DNA of 64,000 bases from positions 1,664,001 to 1,728,000 of the forward strand of contig CP067995.1 in the NCBI GenBank assembly GCA_045159875.1, written 5' to 3'. Below the pieces are notes generated by a model that was given only the letters and a program-made list of their open reading frames with translations, ran no database searches and was not told the DNA's origin. The position numbers and the translations under genes were made by a program. The stretch comes from a cyanobacterium endosymbiont of Rhopalodia gibba. GTDB taxonomy: Bacteria > Cyanobacteriota > Cyanobacteriia > Cyanobacteriales > Microcystaceae. This document shows, piece by piece, positions 12,566 through 23,200 of the stretch. Positions within the stretch are counted from its first letter, which is position 1; each line of letters starts with the position of its first letter.

Positions 12566-13447
12566 CTATTCACAAGGTTGGATAATGCTGAGTTGAAGGA
12601 CAATTCTATCAATAGCACGAACTAGAGAATAACCAGAAACTTGAGGATTGTTGACGAGAATGCTAAAGACTACCTCTCCAAAATCAGGATGATTCATATA
12701 ACCTGACAAAGCCCTAACCCCTCGTAAAGTTCCGGTTTTAGCATAAACTTTACCTTGAGCAGAAGTTCCTTTCATACGATTTCTCAAAGTTCCACTTATT
12801 CCAGCAATAGGTAAAGAGGAATAAAAAACATCCTTATCCGGAGCATAATACATTGCCCGTAAGGTCATTATTAATGACCTGGGGGTAGCAACATTGCGTC
12901 GAGATAATCCTGAGCCATCAGCTTGATGGAAACTGTTAGGATTAACTCCCATTTGCGCCAAGGCTGATTTAGCAGCTGCTGCCCCTCCAATGTGGCTCAA
13001 AAGGATATCAGCGTAATAATTATCACTTCTAACGTTGGTAACTTTAATCCAATCTTGTAGAGATTTAGACTGAATCTTAGATTTGGGATTTAATTTTTGC
13101 AAAGCAGCAGCAGTGGTAAATAATTTGATATTAGAGGCAGGAATAAAAAATTTATCGGCGTTATGACTGTATAAAGTAGTTCCTTCTTCGAGTTTTTCTA
13201 CTAGGATTCCCCAGTTATCCCGATAGCTACCGATAATACTAGTGATGGCTGGTTCCATTAGAGTTGCACAGCTCCCCGACGTTCCTGGTTCAGGTTGGGG
13301 AACATGAATTTCAATGGACTGTCGTCCCTGAAAATAATCGGTTGTGGTGATGGGATTAGTTTCGTCAGCAATAGATGAAGTTCCCAAAGCAAGGAAAATC
13401 GTCGCCAAAATAGCGAGATACTGAGAGTAAAAACCAATTCGTTTCAT
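12566..13447 (-). CDS. dacB: D-Ala-D-Ala carboxypeptidase/endopeptidase, peptidase S13 (PBP4-like, short form)
   Basis: PASNIKLFT (SxxK), SDN, DGSGLSR and AKTGTL motifs, plus an N-terminal signal sequence. Confidence 0.88.
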   Translation of the reverse strand: MKRIGFYSQYLAILATIFLALGTSSIADETNPITTTDYFQGRQSIEIHVPQPEPGTSGSCATLMEPAITSIIGSYRDNWGILVEKLEEGTTLYSHNADKFFIPASNIKLFTTAAALQKLNPKSKIQSKSLQDWIKVTNVRSDNYYADILLSHIGGAAAAKSALAQMGVNPNSFHQADGSGLSRRNVATPRSLIMTLRAMYYAPDKDVFYSSLPIAGISGTLRNRMKGTSAQGKVYAKTGTLRGVRALSGYMNHPDFGEVVFSILVNNPQVSGYSLVRAIDRIVLQLSIIQPCE

Positions 13448-13766
13448 GAGTTTGTCGTTGTTTGTTAACTATCTGTTACACCAAAATCGATGTTGATTGA
13501 TTGTTTAAGCAATCAATTTAAGTTAATAGTTAATCAAAATATGATCAAAATAGGACACTTTTCGCCTGGTCGATATTACCAGAACTGGGTGAGCCACGGC
13601 ATCTTTTACCCCAATAACTGTAAACATAGGGTTGCTCTACTTAAACTCAGAAAATGTCGGCGAAATTTTAGACGATTTTAGCCTGAAAAGTCAGGGTCAA
13701 GCCTTAAAAAACTTGAATCATTGAACTTTCATCCTATCCAGGTATTTGGGAAGTCCTGAACCAAAA

Positions 13767-14786
13767 TTAGCCTAGAAAAGGTCGAAAACCATGTTTCATA
13801 GAAGCTTCGCCAATTTGTTCCATTTTGCCAACAGTGATTTGATTACGACCCCAAGAAAAATTGGTGTGCCAGCCTTCAAATTCTAATAAAATACCCTCAG
13901 CAAAACAGGCAAACATTTGGCGAGAAGGAATATCCATGTTGACAATCTCCATGATTTTCCAGTTGATATCAAGAGAATGCTCAACGATTCCTCCTTTAAG
14001 GATATGAACATCGGGATGTTTAATTTTAGTTCCTAAATTTTTTGGATAGCCGCCATCTATGACAATAGCAGGCTTTTTCAAGATCTCGGGGTCTATTTCC
14101 ATCCCTTTGGGCATACTGGCTACCCAAACAATTATGTCAGCCTGGGGCAATGCTTCTTCTAGCCCCACAATTCTACCTCGTCCCAATTCTCCTCGTAGTG
14201 TTTGTAATCGTTTTTGATTTCGAGCAATTAGTAATAATTCGGCTACATCAGTTTTTCTATCTAACCAACGACAGACTGCACTGCCAATGTCACCTGTTGC
14301 CCCACACACAGCAACTGTTGCTCGAGATAAGTCAATACCAAGTTGAGCTGATGCTTGTTCAAGCTGGCGACAGACAATATAGGCGGTGTGAGTATTGCCT
14401 GTGGTAAAGCGTTCAAATTCTAACTCCACATTGCGGACTTGCTTGTTGTCTTTAAGGTTGAATTCTTCAAAAATAATCGAGGAAAATCCTCCCAATGCAG
14501 TGATATTAATGTTTGATTTTTGGGCTAAGGCCATGGCATTTAGAATCTTACGAATAGCAGCTTTAATCCGTCTATTTGTAAGCATTTCTGGTAGAAAACA
14601 AGATTCTATATATTTTCCCTCGATGGTTTGTCTCGTTAGACTAGTGACATGAAAATTATCAACAATTTGTGGTGGAGCTGAACACCAAAAATCAAGACTT
14701 TGATTGGCGTATTCAGAGTAGCCGAGAGCATGGGCAACGGCTTGAGCGTGTTCCAAACTGGTAAGATGACCGATCAGACCAAACAT
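13767..14786 (-). CDS. aar: Long-chain acyl-ACP reductase (alkane biosynthesis)
   Basis: [49 protein letters not shown] and FACFAE...NFSWGRN. Confidence 0.97.
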   Translation of the reverse strand: MFGLIGHLTSLEHAQAVAHALGYSEYANQSLDFWCSAPPQIVDNFHVTSLTRQTIEGKYIESCFLPEMLTNRRIKAAIRKILNAMALAQKSNINITALGGFSSIIFEEFNLKDNKQVRNVELEFERFTTGNTHTAYIVCRQLEQASAQLGIDLSRATVAVCGATGDIGSAVCRWLDRKTDVAELLLIARNQKRLQTLRGELGRGRIVGLEEALPQADIIVWVASMPKGMEIDPEILKKPAIVIDGGYPKNLGTKIKHPDVHILKGGIVEHSLDINWKIMEIVNMDIPSRQMFACFAEGILLEFEGWHTNFSWGRNQITVGKMEQIGEASMKHGFRPFLG

Positions 14787-16609
14787 TGATTGTTTTTAGG
14801 TTAAACTATGCTTATGAGAAGCAGGAAATTAAAGAAGACAGGATTTAGATAATATTAAGACTGTTAACAATATTACATAAAAATACCCCTCTTGGAGAAG
14901 AACAGCTTATTGAGATTTTTTCTGAGAAAGAGAATTTAAGCTCGCAAAGTGTTGTGCTTAGTGTCTAAATTCCGGTAGTTGTACGTTTAATCGGCCGTCT
15001 AATCAAAGTTTAAGTGCCCGTGTGTGTGTTCATGATAATTGGTAGTTATGTCCATAAAAGTAGCAAAATATTCTAATTTATCTTCTGAATATTCAATAAA
15101 ATAACTAAATTTATGAAATAAGTATTTAGAGGTCAATGAGTTTCATTATTATTGAGTTTTTTCGAGTACAGATCATCTAAACTCTATTAAATCTTGATAA
15201 TAAAATCAAGCCCTAGAGGAATTAAAGTATTAATACAAACCAATAGTGCTAGCATTGGTGTTAATGATTTTCTCCTATCTTTTTCTAACGACACGACAAG
15301 ATCTTCAATACTATATAATCCGAAAAAGTTCACTGATTTTAATATCAAATCTGAAGTTTATTTTTTATATAAATTTGAAATAATTCAGCTTAAAAAGTTT
15401 AAAAATGAAACCTATCATCTACTTTGTTGGCTAAAGTAGTCGCTCATAAGGTACTATTGATGCAATCAACGCTTTGATATAGCTAAACAGCTTATATTCG
15501 TTTCCCCTCTAACATTACGTATGGTATTCTCAAATTCAACTAAATTCTTCCATTCCCTAAAACGACAAAATCAAGAGTTTTTAGTACCTTAATAGTTAAG
15601 TTATTGGTTGATGGCTCATTAACCAATTCATGAATAGGCTTACTCACTACTGTTACCTATACTTAATTTGTCACTGATTAACAATTAAGTATAGGCAATC
15701 CATCAATATTAAATTTCTATAGCCAAGTCTAGCAAGCACTTTCAATTAAGGAGAGAGCACAAGTCGATATTTTTATTTGGAGATAATTAACGACTAAATT
15801 TATTGCCGCACCATTTCCCTGTTGAACTTCAGCATAAACATCATTTTTTTGTAAATTCTGCTTATATCTAGTAATAATACTGGGATTGTTCAAAATATAT
15901 AAATTGCCGTCACTGCCATTTCTTAACTATCTTTATTTAATTTGTCCTCAGCAAAGTATTTTTTCTCTTTGGTATATATTCATTTTTTTCGCAATTGTCA
16001 CCGGTAGAGAAAAAAAATCGATTCAAGCGCCTTCGAGTAGAAGACTAACACACAATAGCACTTACTCTCTGTTAACCACTTTCTTGTTGTACTGTATCAA
16101 ATTGTGCTGTATTAAATTTTAAAAGAGTTTTAGTGATCAAGTCGTTAGAAAAAAAATGTAAAAATTAACAAAATAACGATTATTTTACAAAATTACAAAA
16201 ATATTTTACTTTTACTTTTTTTTGTTTTGAAAGTATTTTTTTTGTGATTCTCCATTTAAGAGTCTTTTTGATTCTGCTTCTAGATAAGCATTTAAAATAC
16301 ATGATATTTTAGAATTTAATTAGTATTAAATTTTGCTTAAAACTACTAATTTTAATTCATGGCTTATAATTTTTTTTACTTTTTTAAAAAACCAATAGTT
16401 AAGAAAAATCTGTTTATAAATTAGTATAAATTTAATTTTATACAAACGTAAATTTTTATTATCAATACTTGGAATAATTAACCTTTAAGTATTGACTTAA
16501 ATAGCTCAAATTTTTAGATAATTAACACTAAAATAACATATGTATAACAATATTAATATCTTTTATGACAATTAAAATATTTTTTATATTCAGAATGTAG
16601 TAGTCTATT

Positions 16610-16637
16610 TTAGAAGAAAATTGTAATTTTCTTCTAA
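16610..16637. repeat. Perfect inverted repeat, 13-bp arms
   Basis: TTAGAAGAAAATT-GT-AATTTTCTTCTAA. Confidence 0.8.
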
Positions 16638-17060
16638 TTCTTAATAAAGATCGTAAAATAAATCGCTATCCTCAACTTAAGCGTCTCTTTTTTAAAAAAA
16701 TTAGTAGAAAAATCAATAAAACCCGTCATTGCGTAATTTTTTGTGGAGAATACGACTAAATTAATTCTATACTGCTTCAAACAAAAATCTTAATTTAATA
16801 TCAATAAGAAAAAGTATCAAAGAATAGATACAAATGTCAGTATGGTTTTAGCGATAAACAGTGAATACTCAGATAACGTAACAATAGTTGAGGATAATTT
16901 ACTCTTAACCTCTGCAAAATCTCGATTAAAAATAATCCATATTTAATGGTTAGACACTCATCTCTATACACAATTAGAGAAACTTTTCTCCTGGCTAAAA
17001 TTAAGGTAGTCATAGAAGTGACAGGGACAGTGTATAATCACCCATTATTAGAAAGTTCCT

Positions 17061-17108
17061 AAAAAAGTTAGAGGATAATTGAATGAAAGATTATCCTCTA
17101 ACTTTTTT
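17061..17108. repeat. Perfect inverted repeat, 19-bp arms, 10-nt loop
   Basis: AAAAAAGTTAGAGGATAAT-TGAATGAAAG-ATTATCCTCTAACTTTTTT, extending imperfectly outward. Confidence 0.92.
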
Positions 17109-17200
17109 GGGACTAATTTATCTTAGATATTTAATATTTCCATTAATTTAATCTTCTTGCTCATTGTAATGTGATCAGAAATCAAAGATACTTAAATTTT

Positions 17201-17326
17201 TCAGTTTATTTCAGTTAAAAGTACTATTTTAGTCACATCGACAGCTTCACCACAGATTAAACATTTATCTGCGTGAACACTATCACTGATATTTTTGAGA
17301 TACACGCTACAAGCGTTACTTTTCAT
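17201..17326 (-). pseudogene. Possible remnant of a zinc-ribbon protein (41-aa ORF)
   Basis: MKSNACSVYLKNISDSVHADKCLICGEAVDVTKIVLLTEIN has one intact CxxCG and one degenerate Cys pair, with an AGGA-type RBS upstream. Confidence 0.3.
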
Positions 17327-18231
17327 TTTCTAGTCCTTAATTTATATCTCCTTCTTAGTGAGGAAGGATAATTAAGAAAGATAAAGATAAAGTAAGATAG
17401 CATACAAAAGTTAAAATCTTTCTCTTACTAGTCTTCTAAGAAACATCTTCGCGAAGTTATGATTGCGTGTAACTAAAACTCCTAATCAACATCAGTCACT
17501 AACTTTTATAAAAGGTCTATTGCTGCTGGCTATTGTAATTTTTTAAGATACAAGAGTACATTTTGTTTAATTTGAATTTGTTTAGTCATTTTCTGTCGAT
17601 AATAAAAAAACAATTAAAATTTAGATAAATTAGGCTTATAGTACAGAACTATATTCTCATCTTAAATAAATGATAATAGCCTGATACACTCTTAAATTAC
17701 CTCAATTAAGTTTTTTTTTAGAAAAACTTAATCTCCTGAGTTATTCCTGTCTAAGCCAACACCCTTACCATTTCTTATTTAAGGTTTAGGGAAATGTCTG
17801 GAGATTTTAGCATGATGAATAAGTCCTTTTCTACTTGACTATCCCCTATTAGTCTTAGAACTAAGATAGTTTGTCAAAAAACTTATTTATTTATCTTGTA
17901 GAATAAGGGCTTAATTTAATTAACTAGAGTAAATTTATCCTCAAATTAATATTATATTTTTACTACAATTAAAGTTTACTGCCTGACAGTTGAGGTAGAA
18001 TATTGTACAGATCTTATTAAGAAGTAGGTTAAATGTTATTCCTTAAAATTGTCAAAATTTTTATCATAATTGTATGAACTTAAAAAATATAATTGTCAAT
18101 AACATAAATTACTGTTCAAAGGAGTATAGTCATCAGAAAAGAGCAGATTATGCTTATGAACATACAATACTTAATCAATAACTCACTTAAAACTGTAATA
18201 TGCATACACTCCCTTAGTAACTTTAGTTACT

Positions 18232-18270
18232 AACTATTCGAGAAAAAAAGTACTTTTTTTTCGAATAGTT
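18232..18270. repeat. Near-perfect palindrome centred on GTAC
   Basis: AACTATTCGAGAAAAAAAGTACTTTTTTTTCGAATAGTT, with one extra G in the left arm. Confidence 0.85.
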
Positions 18271-18938
18271 TAGAGTATCTTAAATACGTTGAATACACTA
18301 ATAAATTCTGAGATTAGTATTTTTATTTTTAAGAAAATTGAGTAAAAGTACGATTGCTCTTTTCTCTAAAATTAGGAAGAGTTTAGTTATTCCATCTTTT
18401 TATTCAAAATCTATTTCTATAAGAATTTATGTGACTAAATTTAAAATCTTTTATTGTCAATCTTTCCCAATACTTGCTGCTGAAAACTCTGGCACTAAAA
18501 AAAAGTTACTGTAAATAGTAATTTACCAAAGTTGCTTTCACTACATTAAGAATAACAGTTTTAGTTCTTAATTAATTCATTAAAAAATATATAAAAATCA
18601 ACAATTAAACTAGCTTTTTAGGGAAAATTTTAGTAAGGAGATAGCACTTTTCGGTAATGTTTATATTTTCTCCTCAAATTATGTGAATTTAAATGCATTT
18701 AAATATTAATTACTTTAAAAAAAATTTTAATTTTTTTTAAGTTTTTACTGCTATTTTTTCTATTTATATTTAATAATTAAAAATTATTTTCTATAAAAAA
18801 CAGTTAATAAATAATAAATTTTCTTATGTATTTCCTTCAAAGTTAAGCATAGACTAATTAAATTATAGCTGGCTTGATTTCTTGTCGATCTTCTCGAAAT
18901 CACTGATAATTAATAATCAGTCTTTCATTAAAAGTCCT

Positions 18939-20546
18939 GTGTCTAACCAGAAAAAAGTCTCTCGTTCCCTATTCAGTATTGCAAGTATTGTTGCCCTAGC
19001 TACCCTCATTAGTAAAATCTTTGGTTTAGTCCGAGAACAAGTGATCGCCGCGGCTTTTGGAGTGAGTTCAGTAGTTAATGCCTATGCCTATGCCTACGTC
19101 ATTCCAGGTTTTCTCTTAATCCTTTTAGGAGGGATCAATGGACCGTTTCATAGTGCTTTAGTTAGTGTTCTTGCTAAACGAAACAAGTCTGAAGCCGCGT
19201 CTCTTGTAGAAACAGTAACTACCTTAGTAAGCATTATTTTACTGATGACTACCATTACCTTGATTATCTTTGCGGGAACATTTATTGATATCCTAGCCCC
19301 AGGATTAGAAGAACAAACTAGGGCGATTGCAGTTCAACAATTACGAATCATGGCTCCTTTAGCCCTCTTAGCAGGACTCATCGGTATTGGGTTTGGTAGT
19401 CTTAATGCGGCCAATCACTATTGGCTACCCAGTATTAGTCCTCTGTTTTCAAGTTTAGCAATTGTGATCAGTGTAGGAATTTTCGCTTGGTCAGTGGGTA
19501 CTCAAATCAATTCCCCTCAATATATTCAGCTAGGGGGAATAGTTTTAGCCGGAGGAACCCTTGTTGGTGGGACTTTACAGTGGGTTATCCAATTAATCAC
19601 CCAAAGTCGTGTTGGGATGGGAAAATTACGTTTGCGTTTTGATTGGCGTACGCCAGGGGTGATGGATGTGATACGAGTTATAGGACCTGCTACTCTTTCA
19701 TCAGGAATGTTACACGTTAATGTTTATACTGATCTCTTTTTTGCGTCGTTTATTCAAAATGCAGCAGCTGCCATGCGGTATGCTAATTTTGTTGCCCTAA
19801 CACCTTTGGGAATCATTTCTAACATGATTTTAGTTCCCTTTTTACCTGTTTTTTCTCGTTTAACAACTCCAGAAAATTGGCCAGAATTAAAGTTAAGAAT
19901 TCGTCAAGGACTATTCTTAGCTGCTTTAACAATGCTTCCTTTAACAGCTACTTTTATTGCCCTTGCTCCTTTAATTATTAAAGTAATTTACCAACGAGGA
20001 GCTTTCAAGTCAACCGATGTAGATATTGTTGTTCCAGTTTTGATGGCCTATGGATTGGGAATGTTCTTTTACTTAGGTCGGGACATTTTAGTTAGAGTAT
20101 TTTATGCTTTGGGAGATGGAGAAACTCCTTTTAAGGTGAGTGTTTTTAACATTTTCCTCAACGGATTACTTGATTTTTTATCATATAAACCTTTTGCTAC
20201 TCCAGGATTAGTGTTGGCTACTATTGGAGTAAATATTACATCGATGATGATATTTTTATGGATTTTAAATCGCCGTCTTCATGGTTTACCATTGAAAGAA
20301 TGGGGGCTTTCTTTATTGGGATTGACGGTAATTAGTTGTATAGCCGGAGCAGGAAGTTGGGTAATTAGTCTAGCTTGGGAACAACTATTAGGAAGTAATA
20401 ATCTATTGCTACAATTGTTACAATTAACTCTAGCGTTAGGAGTTGCTTTTGGTCTCTTTGTTGTTCTGTCTCTGCAATTAAAACTGCCTGAAGTTGATAT
20501 CTTACTCTCTCGCATTCGTCATAAGTTCAATAAAGCTTATGAATAG
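18939..20546 (+). CDS. murJ: Lipid II flippase MurJ (MviN)
   Basis: SKIFGLVRE..IAAAFG, GGINGPFHSALVSVL, YQRGAF and RVFYALGDGETPF. The GTG at 18939 is the likelier start (the ORF track starts at 18882). Confidence 0.95.
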   Translation: MSNQKKVSRSLFSIASIVALATLISKIFGLVREQVIAAAFGVSSVVNAYAYAYVIPGFLLILLGGINGPFHSALVSVLAKRNKSEAASLVETVTTLVSIILLMTTITLIIFAGTFIDILAPGLEEQTRAIAVQQLRIMAPLALLAGLIGIGFGSLNAANHYWLPSISPLFSSLAIVISVGIFAWSVGTQINSPQYIQLGGIVLAGGTLVGGTLQWVIQLITQSRVGMGKLRLRFDWRTPGVMDVIRVIGPATLSSGMLHVNVYTDLFFASFIQNAAAAMRYANFVALTPLGIISNMILVPFLPVFSRLTTPENWPELKLRIRQGLFLAALTMLPLTATFIALAPLIIKVIYQRGAFKSTDVDIVVPVLMAYGLGMFFYLGRDILVRVFYALGDGETPFKVSVFNIFLNGLLDFLSYKPFATPGLVLATIGVNITSMMIFLWILNRRLHGLPLKEWGLSLLGLTVISCIAGAGSWVISLAWEQLLGSNNLLLQLLQLTLALGVAFGLFVVLSLQLKLPEVDILLSRIRHKFNKAYE

Positions 20547-20761
20547 ACTAAGTAAAACCTAATACACTCAGTTTTTAGCCTGGCAAAAAAATTTAGAAGA
20601 AGTTTTGAGAGCCTAAGCTAATACTCCTCAGAAAGTTTTTGACAACCTGGGTGGGCTATGTTAACTTTTGTAATCAACTAAGTAATTACTAGTTTCAAAA
20701 AGTATCAGCCCACCTGAACAATTACTAAATCAAAAGAAGACTTAGTGTTTTATTCATCAGT

Positions 20762-20920
20762 TTACTCATCTTTATCTTGACTCTCGTTACTATTGCTGTT
20801 CTGATTACCAGCATGGTGTCTACCTCGAGACGAAAATCGAGAAGATTTCTGACGAAACTGACGAGCATAAGCTTGATTCCGTTCAGCTTTCTCTTTTTTT
20901 AGATTACGACGCTTAGCCAC
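20762..20920 (-). CDS. Small basic protein, 52 aa (not in ORF track)
   Basis: GTG start preceded by GAGGAAATCATA. Translates as MAKRRNLKKEKAERNQAYARQFRQKSSRFSSRGRHHAGNQNSNSNESQDKDE*. The frame is intact and coding-like, and the N-terminus resembles a conserved cyanobacterial small protein (from recall). Confidence 0.8.
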   Translation of the reverse strand: MAKRRNLKKEKAERNQAYARQFRQKSSRFSSRGRHHAGNQNSNSNESQDKDE

Positions 20921-21112
20921 TATGATTTCCTCAATAATTTAGATAGGATGGACATAAAAAAGCTACTCTAAAGATTAACTCTAGTTGACTTTGACCAAGT
21001 GTTTATGGATTGAAAATAGAAAGTTTAGAGCCGAATAGTTTCTGTGACCTGTCCTGCTATATAAGCTTTTGCTATTTTCATTAGGTCTAGTTTTATTAAC
21101 CTTAAGGTGTTG

Positions 21113-21150
21113 CCTCATCCACTCCGCCTGATAGGGCGGAGTGGATGAGG
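21113..21150. repeat. GC-rich perfect inverted repeat, 16-bp arms, inside the rbp pseudogene
   Basis: CCTCATCCACTCCGCC-TGATAG-GGCGGAGTGGATGAGG. Confidence 0.95.
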
Positions 21151-21237
21151 TATTTTCTTTTTCTTACAATTAGCCATTTTAAAATAGCTGAACTCCTGCA
21201 TTCTTTGAGTTTCACACTCAGTGAAGAACTCCCTTAG

Positions 21238-21279
21238 GTATTCTTCAGTAATCTCGAAAGAGAGATGACTGAAGAATAC
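21238..21279. repeat. Hairpin inside the 5' end of the rbp pseudogene
   Basis: GTATTCTTCAGT-A-ATCTC-GAAAGA-GAGAT-G-ACTGAAGAATAC. Confidence 0.85.
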
Positions 21280-21893
21280 TGACATGGGATAATCTCTTTA
21301 TTCAGATATTATGCAGAAATATCAAGACAAGACTCCGGAGAACAGCCTGCCAACGATTAATCTGGAAGAAACCTAACTAAATAGTAACAACAAAACTTAA
21401 TCACCGATCTTTATTTCCATTACCAAACCATATCTTAGCACTTTCTGCTAACTTAAAGCAAATTTTAAATGTCTCCTTATGTATCACTCGAGTTTCTATT
21501 ATTTGCTACAACGATTATTTACAATCAAATAACAAATATTTTAAATAATTAGTTAAATTATCTTAATATGAAGAAAATTACTAACTATTTTTTAAGTTTT
21601 TTTAGTTAAAATAAAAAACAGTGATTAATCATGATCAACAGTAGTTATTTTAATACTAGTAATATCTGTCTTCTTGAGCTCAGAAATAGCTTATTTATTG
21701 ATTAAAAAACTTAGTATCATAGGCTTTTAAAAAAAGTGACAAACACAATACTATCAATTGAGTATTTCTAAACTTTTTTTCCACAGGAAATTTTATCTTT
21801 CCATCAAGGTGAAATTTGTGATAGGATACTCTGGACTGAACCATTTTCAAACAACATAACCTGGAACTAATAGAAATACAATACAAATATCAA

Positions 21894-22790
21894 ATGCCAG
21901 AAAATGAATTGTCTCAAGAACAGTTGATTTTTTTGTTAGAAACAACTGCTCAACAACTAGATAGAGTTGTCAAAATACTTAAAAGAGCATCTCCTGAGAA
22001 ATTTCCGACCACAAACACTGTAGAAACTTTAGTGAAAACGACTCAGATGATTGTGGCAGATCTTGAGTCTTCCCCTATGCCCCCTATGCCTGAAGTTGTC
22101 CTCCCAACCTCACATAAACAAATCATCGCAGAATGGCATAAATCAACTAGACCTGAGCCCTCAAAACCATTATCAATACCTACTACTGAGTTTGGGAATT
22201 TTACTGGATTTAAAACTTGGTGGGATAGCTTTTTAAGAGCTTTTCGCTTGATTTTGCCCTCTAGTTGGGATAATAACCTATCCGATTGGGCAATTATTGT
22301 CATTATCACCACTATACTAATTTTAATCTTATCCAGCTCAATTTTGCTATTTTCTAGACTCTTAACTCCTTTAGCTGAAGATACTTCTATCACCTCTAAA
22401 CCAAAAGTTGTAGCCGTCTCCCCCCCATTAAAATCGCTTAAAATACCTCAATCCATGGAAATGTTGTCACCTTCTGAACCAAGATTTACTCCAGAACAAA
22501 ATCTGATCGAGGCGATTCGACATGACATTCTTGATTTAAAAAATCAGTATCCGGAAGAGTTAATAGGTCCAATTGAAGCCAATTTTAAAGAAAGCTATTT
22601 GATGGTAACATTAGGGAAACAATGGTATGAATTAACATCTAAAAGACAAGATACATTGGCTAACAATATTTTTAAAAATTCTCAACATTTAAATTTTTAC
22701 AAGCTAAAAATGATTGATTATCAAGGAAATTTAATTGCCCATAGTCCAGTAGTAGGAGATAAAATTATTGTTTATCGTCGAAAAATTTAG
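21894..22790 (+). CDS. Conserved cyanobacterial single-pass membrane protein
   Basis: 298-aa ORF with one TM segment, a Pro-rich linker and C-terminal TPEQNLI.AI...I.ANF...WY.L...Q..LA...SPVVG. Confidence 0.8.
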   Translation: MPENELSQEQLIFLLETTAQQLDRVVKILKRASPEKFPTTNTVETLVKTTQMIVADLESSPMPPMPEVVLPTSHKQIIAEWHKSTRPEPSKPLSIPTTEFGNFTGFKTWWDSFLRAFRLILPSSWDNNLSDWAIIVIITTILILILSSSILLFSRLLTPLAEDTSITSKPKVVAVSPPLKSLKIPQSMEMLSPSEPRFTPEQNLIEAIRHDILDLKNQYPEELIGPIEANFKESYLMVTLGKQWYELTSKRQDTLANNIFKNSQHLNFYKLKMIDYQGNLIAHSPVVGDKIIVYRRKI

Positions 22791-22843
22791 ATGATTAATT
22801 TTAATCTTATAATTCAACTTAAATTGAGGAATTTACAATACTG

Positions 22844-23101
22844 ATGGTAGACTCAATCTTGTATCAAGATGATGTTTTCATTGTTATCGAAGCAGATCAA
22901 TCAGAACAAATTTTTACTCCCCAAGAGTTATTAGAAAAACTCAAAAAAATTCTGTTGACTCGCCAAAATAATTTACCTAGAGAATTGAAGAAATTTACTT
23001 TAGTTGACGAACAGGCAGAGTATTTGAAAAATAATTTTTGTGAACTTGATATAGGCTCTAATACCTATTTACAATGGTATGCAATTCGCTTAGAAAAATA
23101 A
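22844..23101 (+). CDS. crr7: Chlororespiratory reduction 7 protein (NDH-1 assembly factor, DUF3571)
   Basis: DSILYQDD.F.V.E..Q.EQ..T..ELL.KL...LP..L.KF....QA.YL....CELD.G...LQWYA.RLEK matches the CRR7 family. Confidence 0.88.
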   Translation: MVDSILYQDDVFIVIEADQSEQIFTPQELLEKLKKILLTRQNNLPRELKKFTLVDEQAEYLKNNFCELDIGSNTYLQWYAIRLEK

Positions 23102-23200
23102 TTATGCTGATTACTCCCTCGAGAAAATTTATAGTTAGGAAACAAAAATTCACTTAATCGAGTCCCAAGATTTTAGTCATCGTTAATCAATAACGAATCA

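Larger units (their letters stand above)
21020..21285 (-). pseudogene. rbp: RRM-type RNA-binding protein (cyanobacterial Rbp) pseudogene
   Basis: MSVFFSHLSFEITEEYLREFFTE matches RNP2 MSIYVGNLSYEVTEEDL..VF.E. After an internal deletion, ETQRMQEFSYFKMA matches ETGRMRGFAFVEM. After a frameshift, AEWMRQHLKVNKTRP matches AEWMGR.LKVNKARP. The GAGATTATCCCATG leader is rbp-like. Confidence 0.85.

Noticed and set aside
14862..14877. NtcA-like site (TGTA-N8-AACA on the minus strand) upstream of aar
   Set aside because: It mismatches GTA-N8-TAC and is likely to occur by chance in AT-rich DNA.
15180..16130. Coding-like decayed tract and ORFs 15194 and 15886
   Set aside because: Probably a pseudogene, but I could not assign a family. 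Not called.
20650..20714. GGTGGGCT...AGCCCACC inverted pair between murJ and the small ORF
   Set aside because: Only 8 bp with a long spacer. It may be a terminator relic but is too weak to call.
21100..21420. Hairpin-rich, GC-richer region initially suggesting an ncRNA
   Set aside because: The minus-strand translation matches RRM motifs, so an rbp pseudogene explains it better.
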